NCBI GenBank assembly: GCA_032718475.1
Contig: JAUCBJ010000418.1
Location: 1-52,912, forward strand
Reading direction: 5' to 3'
DNA from: Nemertoderma westbladi
Taxonomy: Eukaryota > Animalia > Xenacoelomorpha
DNA: 52,912 bases
Part shown: piece after piece, positions 38,313 through 48,720 of the stretch
Layout of the letters: every line of letters starts with the position of its first letter
Numbering within the stretch: position 1 is the first letter of the stretch
Notes under the pieces: model-generated
The model's input: the letters and a program-made list of their open reading frames with translations, nothing else
The model's database searches: none
What the model was told of the DNA's origin: nothing
Position numbers and translations under genes: made by a program

Positions 38313-41300
38313 TTACGTTATGGAGTCCCTAGATGTTTGAAGGATTAGGGAGGTGGTCGTGGGAAGAGAATCTTGCCTTCCACAGTTTCCGGAGAGTCCT
38401 CCATTCCCTTCCGGTAAACACAAACGACCAGCTGGGCGATTGAGTTGCTGCATCCCGAATACAATTCCAGGTTTCCTCTTCGTCCTGGAATAGTGACGAT
38501 AGAAACATCGCTCTAAGTACACGACGGCCTTACAAAGCCGATTCCAGGAGCTATAGTGGTCCGTCGCTCCCTGCAGGAGAGGTGAGAGTCCCTGCGAGAC
38601 GTCTGATGTTCCAGAGCTCCAATCGCTCTCTCTGATCTTCATGAAGGATCCACTCGCGGTGGGGAGGTCCAGATCCACGGCGTCGTCCCTGGCAATATGT
38701 AATACCGACAGATCTATCCCGGGTTCAAATAACTCCGCTCCACCCGTCCGGGTTTTAGGTTTAACTTTCTCCGCTCCCTTGGCTGGTCTAATCTCAGTCG
38801 GAGTAAGATGGGGAGGCCATTCATCCTCCTTACTCAGGAAGTCGGGTTCACCTAACCGGTCTGTAGTATCTGTCAGTTCTTGAGGAGTTGCTCCTCTGGA
38901 AGCGATGTCAGTTGGATTAAACTTCTTGGGGCAATATCTCCATTGATCTACATTGGAGCTAATATCGTCATTATCTGAGGAGTATGGTGTTCCCTCAGTT
39001 GGGTCGTCTCCCTCACTAGTATCATCTTCCCATTCACTCACCTGGCAGACGCGATCTTGAAGCAGTCTTTCTCTGAGCGTTCTTCGGGAAGGTCCAGTAA
39101 GGTACCAACCTACTCTAGTTCTTACCGCATAGGTCTGAAGTGGTTGCGGTTGAGCAGGTCGTTTCTCCAATGTCTCCAGCGCCTCATGCGCGTTTTGACC
39201 GATTAATATTTGTACTCCAGGATAATCGGTGTCGAATCTAGGGATGTTAAGTTGTTGGGCATGATCATCTTCGTCCCAATTATAAGGTTCCACTTGGGTG
39301 GTAGCGAAGTTCTTTATTGCCACCATTTTTACTGACCTTATACTGTATTCTCCTAGTTTATCCTGTGGAGTGGACAACTCACCTATATAATAGTCGGCAG
39401 CTACAGTAGAATTCCAAACCTGCATGATCCCTGACATGTTTAGCTTGGTTCGGAACTTGGGTTGTCCAGCAAAGATGACTTCGGCTAGTTCTTTATCGAT
39501 GAATGTTCCTGTGCTACCGGAGTCCAGGAGGGCGTTCACTATATAGCTCTGCTGAGGTCCGTGGACCCGTAACTGGACTACAGGAAATTCTCGGATTCCT
39601 ATATTGGAAGTTGGCGCTTTCCAAGATGGTTGTTGATCTGAAGTAGTTAGGGTGAGGTCGCTGTCTGTGTCTTTCTCATACATGAGTGCTCGATACACTG
39701 CGGTGGTGTTTATTAAGTAACAGGATTCGTTTTCGTCGGAGAACTCGTCCGTATAGAATCCTTCCATCTCAGATTGATCAGTGTCGTTCACATCACTGAA
39801 TTGGACATGTAGTTCGGACTCACTTACCTGACTCGGGCTGTTTCGTTCGAATTCCGTGTGCAACAAGATATGATGTTTTGCGCCGCACTTTGCACACCTT
39901 GCGTCGGAGTAACAGGTTCGCCGTTGGTGTCCTCGTCTGAGGCAATTATAACACAACCGCTTATCCCACATGACTTCACGTCTATCCTTTAGTGATTTCC
40001 TCAGGAATTTATCACACGCATTTAAACGGTGGGGCCCGTCGCACAGCACACATTTCGGCTTGATGTTACTTACTTTAACCTGTGCTATGTGGTGCACACT
40101 TGTTCTTTCCTCGGGCTTTCTCACCTGAATTCTTTTAGGAGACGTAGGAAGGGTTTTTTGTACCGGTTCCCTTCTGTCATTGGGTCGAGACTCGGATTTA
40201 CTTACCTGATCTTTAGGCATTTTATTGACATAATAAGATCTGTCAGTGTCTTTCCCGCTGTCCTCTCCTTGAGAAGTTTGGCTTTCACCGTCGTCGGTAT
40301 AACATACTGGTGTTACCCTTCTCCTAGAAACGGGTTTCTCACTTACCTTGTTTTCCAATGTCTTCTCTCTGGACTGCCTTAGGAGCTGTAATTTCACTTC
40401 TCTATCTAAGAATGACATGAGATCAGTCATGGTAGGGTCTCGTCGTTGTTGTTCCATCATATATAGTACTTTCTTATCCCAGCGTGTGCCTACCCCACCT
40501 TTCGGTAAAGTAGAAGCCACAGCTCCAATGACCATAGAACTTTGGTATTCATGAGACTTACCTAACCAATCTAATTGTCTACAGATCTCTTGAATCTCAT
40601 CGGAAAACTCTATTATCCCACTGCTGATGAACTTTCTGGGCGCTACTAATTTTGCATATAAATACTTAGCGATATTATTCCTATTACCATACCTGATGTT
40701 TAGTGTGTCCCAAACTTGTCTTAATCCGTCTGGATGTCCAATAAACTTTAACGCCATTGACTTGGGAGATCCTTCCAAGCACTCGATGAGGAATCTAAGT
40801 TTCTCTCCATTAGATAGTACAGAGTTCTGTATGTTATCTTTGTAATATTCATTAAAAGGTAACCATTTCATCTCATCTCCATTGAACTTGACGATCTCTC
40901 CCACCTTCACCGCTTGCCGGGCTTCGGTTCTAGCCATTTGACGCGTAAAACTTTCTTGGGCCATCGTGTTATTTAATATCGAGTTATCGGTATATAAATT
41001 TCTCGGATTATGATCAGTTCTATATGGAATATCATTATCAACAGGTCTATAATTACCCTTAATAGGGTTCACTATAGGAGTTTCTACTTCGCTAGTAGTA
41101 TAGATGCGTGTAGGCTCCACACCTTGCGCATGCGATACTTCAGACCTAACAGGTTGACACATTGTTACAGAGGGTGGTGGTATACCCCTTTGAGTATTTA
41201 CTAATTTATCGCGTTCTAGCGCGATACTTTGCTGCACTTCTTGCAACTCTAGCCTACTTTCCCTTACTGTGCCCTTGAATTGCTGGACAGTCTCCTGCAT

Positions 41301-41345
41301 CTGCCCGAGCAGGATATCCATCCCCCGCCGTTCTCGTCCACCCAT
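38313..41345 (-). CDS. BEL/Pao gag (DUF1759-like) + three Zn knuckles + aspartic protease + RNase H C-terminal remnant
   Basis: KFNGDEMKW..F..LSNGEKLRFLIECLEG; CVLCDGPHRLNAC, CYNCLRRGHQRRTC and CAKCGAKHHILLH; ALLDSGS, ILIGQN and RTRVGWYLTGP; QWRYCPKKFNPTDIASRG; YSSWNRL. Confidence 0.9.
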   Translation of the reverse strand: MGGRERRGMDILLGQMQETVQQFKGTVRESRLELQEVQQSIALERDKLVNTQRGIPPPSVTMCQPVRSEVSHAQGVEPTRIYTTSEVETPIVNPIKGNYRPVDNDIPYRTDHNPRNLYTDNSILNNTMAQESFTRQMARTEARQAVKVGEIVKFNGDEMKWLPFNEYYKDNIQNSVLSNGEKLRFLIECLEGSPKSMALKFIGHPDGLRQVWDTLNIRYGNRNNIAKYLYAKLVAPRKFISSGIIEFSDEIQEICRQLDWLGKSHEYQSSMVIGAVASTLPKGGVGTRWDKKVLYMMEQQRRDPTMTDLMSFLDREVKLQLLRQSREKTLENKVSEKPVSRRRVTPVCYTDDGESQTSQGEDSGKDTDRSYYVNKMPKDQVSKSESRPNDRREPVQKTLPTSPKRIQVRKPEERTSVHHIAQVKVSNIKPKCVLCDGPHRLNACDKFLRKSLKDRREVMWDKRLCYNCLRRGHQRRTCYSDARCAKCGAKHHILLHTEFERNSPSQVSESELHVQFSDVNDTDQSEMEGFYTDEFSDENESCYLINTTAVYRALMYEKDTDSDLTLTTSDQQPSWKAPTSNIGIREFPVVQLRVHGPQQSYIVNALLDSGSTGTFIDKELAEVIFAGQPKFRTKLNMSGIMQVWNSTVAADYYIGELSTPQDKLGEYSIRSVKMVAIKNFATTQVEPYNWDEDDHAQQLNIPRFDTDYPGVQILIGQNAHEALETLEKRPAQPQPLQTYAVRTRVGWYLTGPSRRTLRERLLQDRVCQVSEWEDDTSEGDDPTEGTPYSSDNDDISSNVDQWRYCPKKFNPTDIASRGATPQELTDTTDRLGEPDFLSKEDEWPPHLTPTEIRPAKGAEKVKPKTRTGGAELFEPGIDLSVLHIARDDAVDLDLPTASGSFMKIRESDWSSGTSDVSQGLSPLLQGATDHYSSWNRLCKAVVYLERCFYRHYSRTKRKPGIVFGMQQLNRPAGRLCLPEGNGGLSGNCGRQDSLPTTTSLILQTSRDSIT

Positions 41346-43345
41346 TCGACCGCCGAAGCGGGAGTCGCCAACGTTGTAGCGGGCGGACGAGGGACAACGG
41401 GCGACAAATTATGAATATTTCGCTCGGGGTCCAGGACCTGAACTGTCCCCTGGGCAGTTCTACGGGGCACAGGTAGCTTAGTGCTATGCAGAGGGAATTT
41501 AGAGGTAGTTTCAGGGAGCACAGGTGTGTCTATCACCGAAGGGGTGATTTCAAGAACAGGCCTAATTATTTCAGGCTCATCTACTATAGTAGGGAGTCTT
41601 TCTATTTTAATTATTTGGTCTGTGGGCTCTGTACTACCTAAGTTGGTGTTATTTAGTTGCCTTCTAACAGCTGGAGGCAAATCAGGCAATTTCTGACGGT
41701 GGAATGTTCTTTTACGTCTACTTAGACGAGATCTATTTCCTTTGCCTTCAGTATCGGTGGTATCACCTTCCTCAGATGATGTATATCCCTGTCGTTTGGG
41801 AGTAGATCGATTCATCATCTGCATATTACTAGCTGTTAACTGTTTATTTATGCAGTCTTGATTCTCCTGAATGTTTTCCAATTCTAATTGGGTGGTTTCT
41901 TCAGTCGCTCTCCGTTCGGCTTCTGCCACTGCCTCTGCTGTTGCCAGTGCCGCTTTTCTTTCCGCTTCGGCCTCTGCCACTGCCGATGCCGCTTTCCTTT
42001 CCGCTTCGGCCTCTGCCACTGCCACTGCCACTGCCGCTTTTCTTTCCGCTTCTGCCGCTGCCACTGCTGCTGCCACTGCCGCTTTTCTTTCAGCTTCTGC
42101 CGCTGCCACTGCTGCTGCCGCTTTTCTTTCCGCTTCTGCCTCTGCCACTGCTGCTGCCACTGCCGCTGTCTTTCTATCTTCTATACGTTTTTTCTTTACT
42201 TGTTCTTCTTGGTCTCTAGCGATGCGGAGTTGTTCATCGAATTTAGCTTGGTTCGCCGCTAACCTATCCACATCAATTGCATCCAACACACGCTGGGCTC
42301 CTTCACTATTAGGGCTAAGTCCCTCTAACCTTCTCCTCAACTCGTCATCACCTAAAAAACGTTGATAGTCTGACAGATAGATGTCAATGGCATCCCTCTT
42401 ATGCGGTTTCTCTGCCGTCGCTTCACTTTCCACTTGGGAAAAAGTAGCGTCTGTTGATTCTCCATGGGTTGATCGCTCCTCCAGCTGAGCTTTCCACTGA
42501 GCTGTTCCTTGAACCTGGAGATTCACCCTTTGAAACCAAGTCTTTACGGCGACTTGCAACGACGTGTCTTGTCTTCGTTTAGAAGCCTCCTCAAAGGCCG
42601 ATAATATTAGCCTGATTCGTAGAATTCTTTCTCTCACTTGATAAAGCAGTTGTCCCTGCTCTTGAGGTCCTTGTGGTTGTTGAAACAGTTGTCCTTTTAC
42701 TCGCTCCATAGAGCTGAAGAATCCCTGTGCGTATCCGGCTGCGGACCTCTTCCACACAGCGGGATCGATGGTTTCCTTGGCTACTCCCATCCGGTGTATG
42801 TCTTCCCAGGCAGCTTCTGATAAATCAAACGGGAGTCCGGGTCCGGGGAAGTTCCATTGCGACTCGACCATGGACTTCAGTTCTTCCCTTGTGTATCCAG
42901 CATAACTATCTCTAGTTGAACGCTGGCTTCTCGCCCAATCGATCTGGTGTTCTTCCACAGCGATCAATAACCTAGTGAGTACGGCTGCAGGAAGGATGAG
43001 AAGGGGATCTGAATAAGCCTCATCCGTCATCTTTGCTCCGCGTTCGGGTGTCAGCTCTACAGTATCCTCACTACTGGAGCTGTTGGGCCGTTGAGAAGTA
43101 GGTTCTTGTCTCGCGGGTTGTTGCTGTTCCGCTGCTTCTTGGTCCCGTTTGACCTGAGCTCGAGTGCCTATGATAGACCTACGATGTTGGACCAGCCTAG
43201 GTTCTTTTATTACTACTGGAGGGATGACTTTCCTCACAGTGGGAGGTGAACTGAACTTACGACTAGAAGGTTCTACGCCTCTATCTGAGTCGCAGATAGT
43301 TACATCTAATAAACTGTCTGACAGGTTCTGCTTAGTATCAGACAT
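41264..43345 (-). CDS. BEL element upstream ORF, probable N-terminal part of gag with an Ala/Glu-rich coiled-coil repeat
   Basis: 693-aa ORF overlapping the gag-pro ORF in the -1 frame at a G-run (~41322-41330). Contains AAVAEAEAERK repeats. Confidence 0.75.
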   Translation of the reverse strand: MSDTKQNLSDSLLDVTICDSDRGVEPSSRKFSSPPTVRKVIPPVVIKEPRLVQHRRSIIGTRAQVKRDQEAAEQQQPARQEPTSQRPNSSSSEDTVELTPERGAKMTDEAYSDPLLILPAAVLTRLLIAVEEHQIDWARSQRSTRDSYAGYTREELKSMVESQWNFPGPGLPFDLSEAAWEDIHRMGVAKETIDPAVWKRSAAGYAQGFFSSMERVKGQLFQQPQGPQEQGQLLYQVRERILRIRLILSAFEEASKRRQDTSLQVAVKTWFQRVNLQVQGTAQWKAQLEERSTHGESTDATFSQVESEATAEKPHKRDAIDIYLSDYQRFLGDDELRRRLEGLSPNSEGAQRVLDAIDVDRLAANQAKFDEQLRIARDQEEQVKKKRIEDRKTAAVAAAVAEAEAERKAAAAVAAAEAERKAAVAAAVAAAEAERKAAVAVAVAEAEAERKAASAVAEAEAERKAALATAEAVAEAERRATEETTQLELENIQENQDCINKQLTASNMQMMNRSTPKRQGYTSSEEGDTTDTEGKGNRSRLSRRKRTFHRQKLPDLPPAVRRQLNNTNLGSTEPTDQIIKIERLPTIVDEPEIIRPVLEITPSVIDTPVLPETTSKFPLHSTKLPVPRRTAQGTVQVLDPERNIHNLSPVVPRPPATTLATPASAVEWVDENGGGWISCSGRCRRLSSNSRAQ

Positions 43346-44649
43346 GTTTATGTGTACCGTTGAATGTCTACTGCTGTATTACAGTCTGAGCAAGTCTAGT
43401 AACTCAGTATTAACTGATAGCCTAGTAATTAATTACCGGTACTGCTACTCAGTGTAGCGTGATATATAATATATTAGAATACCGGTATGCTTATAGTATA
43501 TATAACTATTATTACAGACTAGGTTTATCACAGAATACCGGTATAATTTTAGCACAAATATATATAAATATATAATAGGCCTATCGGAATACCGGTATAC
43601 AGCTTACAGTTTGTAGTATATATAATTCTGGACTAGAATTAATTACAAGTACCGGTATAATTTCAGCCTAAGTTTATAGAAATAAAGATAATAGGCCTAT
43701 CGTAAATACCGGTATATCAATTATTTTAGAATAATTGAATTTCTGAACTTTAAGGGTTACTTGGTTACCTTACTTACTTTATCACCGTTATTTGAGCAGT
43801 AATCCAACTGATATTGAGACCTAATGGTTGTATGGCAGGCCTACTATTTATAAATCGTTTGAGTTGATTTATAATATATATATACCCGTTTAATGGGTTT
43901 TGTCAATGTTTGAAATAAATGTTATTATTTCTGGGGGGTAATCACTACACAAAGCGGTGCGCTTTTAGTGAAGTGTTACTTATAGGACACTAAAACAAAT
44001 AATTCTAATTTACCTAAGTTACTTAATACTACAAATTACGTACAATTCGGGTGAGATTACAATCTCTAAATAAACACAAAAATTTACAAAAACACAAAAT
44101 ACTAATTTTTAGGGTAATTTTACAAGAAGTCTACAAACCAGCCTAACAAAGGGTTAGAATTCTGGTTATTACAACGGACAGGGTACTACGGTATTTGAAA
44201 ATAATAAGTAGTAGTAAATACACTGCGTTGTCCAGATAGGAAAATACCACCGCCTGACGACCTATAGCCGTATCGCTATAGGTACTACGTTATGTATCAC
44301 GGAGTGTTCCTACCTAGAAGTTAATAGAGCTAATCGAACGTGCCTATCAACCACTTTACAACACAAATATAATGTCTACACTAATTACTTCGGAAAGTAC
44401 TGTACACTAAACCCTAAATTAGGTACGAGTACTTGTACAACAGATAATCAGTAGTTAAATATACTTGAACAGCTAAAAGAACCACGGCATCTGCTGGAGT
44501 GACCGATGCACAAAATCACCAGTCTTTACCTACGCCAAGCAGCCCGTGTAGTACCGGGGTTAATTTAACTATAGCGGTATGTATAACAAACACAATTACT
44601 GTAGGAACAAACTTGGGGAATGAATGTTGCGGATAATCGCATAAACTCT

Positions 44650-45240
44650 GAATAATAAATATTACGCTACGCGTACAAACTACTCAAACAAAATGCAGAC
44701 CGAACACTGACAGACTACTATCAAGCCTAAACAAACTACGGTATATGCAGACTCCGAAATAATTAGGTAGTATGCGTACTAACCCAGTAGTACGACTTAT
44801 TCTTTAGTTGGGGGTTTACCTTACAGCATTCGCTGCCCCTACTTCCTAACCGTTCTTTATCGGACAAGTGATCTACTCACGCTGCAATCCGTTCAGACCT
44901 AATAACAGCCAGACAACTATCCAGCCTACAAATTATCTAAATAATATTATACGCTACCCGTACAAACTTACACAAACAAAGTACAGACTCAACGATGGCA
45001 GACTACTCTCAAGCCTAAATAAACTACAGGACATGCAGACTCCGAAATAATTAGGTAGTATGCGCTCTAACCCAGTAGTACGACTTATTCTTTAATTGGG
45101 GGTTTACCTTACAGCATTCGCTGCCCCTACTTCCTAACCGTTCTTTATCGGACAGATGATCTACACACACTGCAATCCGTTCAGACTTAACAACAATCAG
45201 ACAACAGCTCAGCCTACAAATTGTCTGTACAATCTGATCA
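44650..45240. repeat. ~288-bp tandem duplication in the BEL 5' leader
   Basis: gcagactccgaaataattaggtagtatgcg...ttatcggaca at ~44747 and ~45035. Confidence 0.88.
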
Positions 45241-45573
45241 GGCTTACACGCCTTCTGTTCAATACTGGCCTTCAAACAAATAAAACTTGACAGAAATAAG
45301 TAAAATCTCAATAAAAACCAGGCGTCCCCGATTAATTATTAAGACCTACCGGCATATATAATCAAATCGAATAATACTGCTGTACTTATACGGGAAGTAC
45401 CGGTTAGGACAGTTAGGCCTACCGACCTACAGAAGTACCGTTTCTGGCAGTTGGACCTACGGACCTACGGCAGTACCGGTTCTGACAGTTGGGCCTACTG
45501 ACCTACTGAAGTACTGTTCAGGTTTACCGGTTGACTGGTACTTTCAACTTTATTGCTTACTGCAATAAAGAAG

Positions 45574-45587
45574 CATATATCCTTTAA
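45574..45587 (-). promoter_or_regulatory. Primer-binding-site position: non-tRNA, self-complementary to the LTR
   Basis: TTAAAGGATATATG directly follows the 5' LTR on the sense strand and is the exact reverse complement of sense-strand LTR sequence 46354-46341. Confidence 0.75.
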
Positions 45588-46791
45588 TGTTCGCGCTTTC
45601 AGACCTTTGGCAGTTTAACCCGCCAAATTAAGATGTCTTCTAGATATTAAATCGCTTTTTAGCCTATGACAAGTATTTGATTCACTACACTAGTCGAAAC
45701 CAATCTGTGCGCGATCATTCACCCGCTGGATATTCCCGGGAGATTGGGTTCGACGGTTTAATTTTATTGCTATGTAAGCCTAATGTATTATTCGACTGAC
45801 AGTATTATATAATCTCTGAAAATATTATTCACCTTCGGTAATATTAACAGTTCCTTTAGGACGTGGCGCTTTATCTATATAAACAGAGTTATGACTTAAA
45901 CTACTCACAACGATATGGCTTAATTATAATTCACATATATGGCGCATTCTTTAGGAATTGCTTCTTTAACAGACTCACTCATAGACAATGCTGCACAATA
46001 CTGCACACTAATCTGCCAATCTTCACTGATTTTAGTCACATATAAAAGGAACACAGACTGACTCATGTAGGGTCTATCAAATAACATTAGATTCACTTCA
46101 AACCACTTTAACATAAGTCACAATAGTTATTGGTAACCTTTCTCTCTTACCTTCGGTATATCAAGAATATTGGGTTTTCGGGGTTATTTCTCGTTATTCC
46201 AATATAATAATTCATCAACAAATATAATGAATAACCGACAACAAATAGCAGTATACAGTATCGATTGAGCAGGTAATTTTAGCAGTTTCAGCAGTTATAC
46301 GTCAGTTATTAAAAGCCGTGTGCCGTGTGTGTCAAATGCGTTAAAGGATATATGTCCTTATAATTAAACCTACTAGTGTTGAGCTAAAAAGCAGAAAGCA
46401 TAAAACACTACAAAGCCGTTCTTTCGTGGCTTTTAAAAACTCGTGACTACTGCTCTATACGAGGATACCAACTACCCTTATTCCACGAAGCTCCCGTTCA
46501 ACACAGAGAAAGAGCAGTGAGATAGGAAAATTTCAGTTCAGTAGCTCTGTGATAGGTCAAAATCAAGGCTAACTCAAATTCTATTGGGAGATACAAAAAC
46601 AAGGCTATGACGCAACCTGCCTAGGCTGGTTGGCCGATTAAACATAGCCCAGATACCTGCGTACAGCAAATCAGCCAATAAGCTGGTAGCTTGCACTATT
46701 TTAGCTATAGATCCCTTTAGAGTATTCTAGCGACCGGGGGGGAACTGGCCAACAAGGCAAACGAATCAGTTATCCCACAAAAGCTTTTACA
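45588..46791 (-). repeat. 5' LTR of the BEL element
   Basis: tgttcgcg...cttttaca, 1204 bp. Minus-strand AATAAA at ~45763-45768. Confidence 0.95.
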
Positions 46792-47502
46792 CAGGGATAA
46801 CGATAACAGCGAGGGATAATTATGATTCCGAAATTGCTGGTTCCGATTCCGATAGAGAATCTGACAGTGATACTGGTACTGGTTTTTTATATAATCTTAT
46901 ATAGATACCGGTACCTAATTATGAATTATTGGAGGAATGAGACCTGGGACTGGGGCGGCGTGATATTGCATATGCGGAAGAAGACTCTGATGACACTGTA
47001 GTCTGACGACTGAGGGTTGGTTGCAGTGATGTTATCGTTACAACTGGAAGCCTACAAACACACCCTGTTCATCACGAGAGAGTATAAACTGATCATTTTG
47101 ATAAAATTACATCTCGATGTCGGTATACAACAATGTTGCACTATTTTATTTACGATTATGTTGTCGGGTCTGCTGGGTAAATAACAAAACATTAAAGAAA
47201 ATCAGATTTGGATGTGTTTTATTTTCTACCGGTATTCTGCTATTTTTTACGATAAACCAAGATTGTGCCCTGGCGGTTTTGGTAATTACCAAACTCAAGC
47301 TGTGAATTGCTATGAATTAATTTGTTATTAGGCCCTAATTATAATATTAATGTTCACAATTCTATGTTGATTCTAAAAAACTAAAAACTGAGTTCATAGT
47401 ACCACCACAACCGAAGTTATACACAGCTAACTTACAATAATATTTTTTTCTAAAATGTTGGAGCACAGGTGGGCAGTAACCGCTGTAGCTCATATCGCGT
47501 TA

Positions 47503-48720
47503 GTTCTTATTTCTTATTTCCTCCAAAATATAAAATAAAAATAACGCACAATACCCTACAAAATTGATTTCTGGGTTGATTGGTGTGAGCTTCCGCTATA
47601 GCATAGCTAGTGTAGTTTTAGCTCACACCTGCATCTGGAGAGTTCTAGAATGTTTAAAGTAAATTTAATTATAGAGATAGGTGCGTGCGGTGCGGTTGAC
47701 TGCTGTCAGAATTTTATAAATATTTGTTTTTTCCTGCATGTAAAAAAATAAATTTTTGGTATACAAGACTGCATAGCAAACTGATGATAACCAATAGGGG
47801 AGAATGTATATGTAAAGAAAAAAAGTATGAAACTATATATATGACGCAAAATATGTAAAGGAAAATACATTTATATAACGCAAGTTGTTGATAACCAATT
47901 GGGGAGAATGTATATGAAAAAAATATATATATATAAAAAATATATGTATGCTATTGAAATTGAAATGGTTTAATCATATCTGCAGTAAGTGGTATTTTAA
48001 TTTTTTCTTAAATATCGCCAGGTTTCGACTGTCCCTAATAAGTTGTGATAATGAGTTCCACAAAAGTGGCCCTTGCATAGATAATGAAAGATGGTGAACA
48101 TCCAAACGAGCCGGAGGTAAATGATACAGGCCAGAGGAAGCAGAGCGAGTATTATATGAGTGAACCGAAGAGGCTTTATTTAGTAAAGAGTTTAGTAGGT
48201 TCCATAGGTAATCCGGTGCATGATTGGTCATGCATTTATATGTCAGCATTGCGATCTTGTATTCTATTTGACGGGGCACTGGGAGCCAATGAAGCCTTTT
48301 TAGAACTGGGCTATTGTGGTCCAGTTTCTTTACTCCCCCTACTAGTCGAGCCGCCGAATTTTGTACGTATTGTAATTTTGTTAAGTATTTTGAAGGCAAT
48401 CCATAATACAGCGCATTATTATAATCTAATTTGCTTGTAATAAATGTATGAACCAACGTTTCAAGATCATCTTTTGACAGGTACCGCTTTATCTTTGCTA
48501 ATTTACGCAGATGAAAGAGGGCACCATGTACAGTATTAGTATCTGTTTACTAGGTATTAAATGGGAGTCAATAATAAATCCAATATTGCGAGCTCTGTCA
48601 GTGAATCCCACCATGTCATCACACACTTTCATCTCGTTGTGCTCTATTTGGGTGCCGAATCGCGATTGTAACAGTAGGACCTTCGGTTTTATCGCTGTTT
48701 GGTCATCAATTACGCACATC
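47503..48720 (-). pseudogene. L2/CR1-group LINE 3' fragment with 3' UTR
   Basis: ARNIGFIIDSHL..., VHTFITSKLDYNNALYYGLP..LQYVQNSAARLV..LHWLPV..YKI..HSYNTR..GPLLWNSL..FKKKLK. 3' stem-loop at 47582-47629 and (aaataag) tail at ~47503-47520. Confidence 0.85.

Larger units (their letters stand above)
32947..46791 (-). mobile_element. BEL/Pao LTR retrotransposon, non-autonomous (gag-protease only), 13.8 kb
   Basis: Two 1204-bp TG...CA LTRs, 5-bp TSD caggg (32942-32946, 46792-46796), PPT tgggagcgg before the 3' LTR, and BEL-type gag, zinc-knuckle and protease motifs. Confidence 0.95.

Noticed and set aside
41871-42365. Antifreeze-like Ala-rich, Cys-rich and Pro/Leu ORFs on the plus strand
   Set aside because: Antisense shadows of the Ala/Glu repeat in the BEL ORF.
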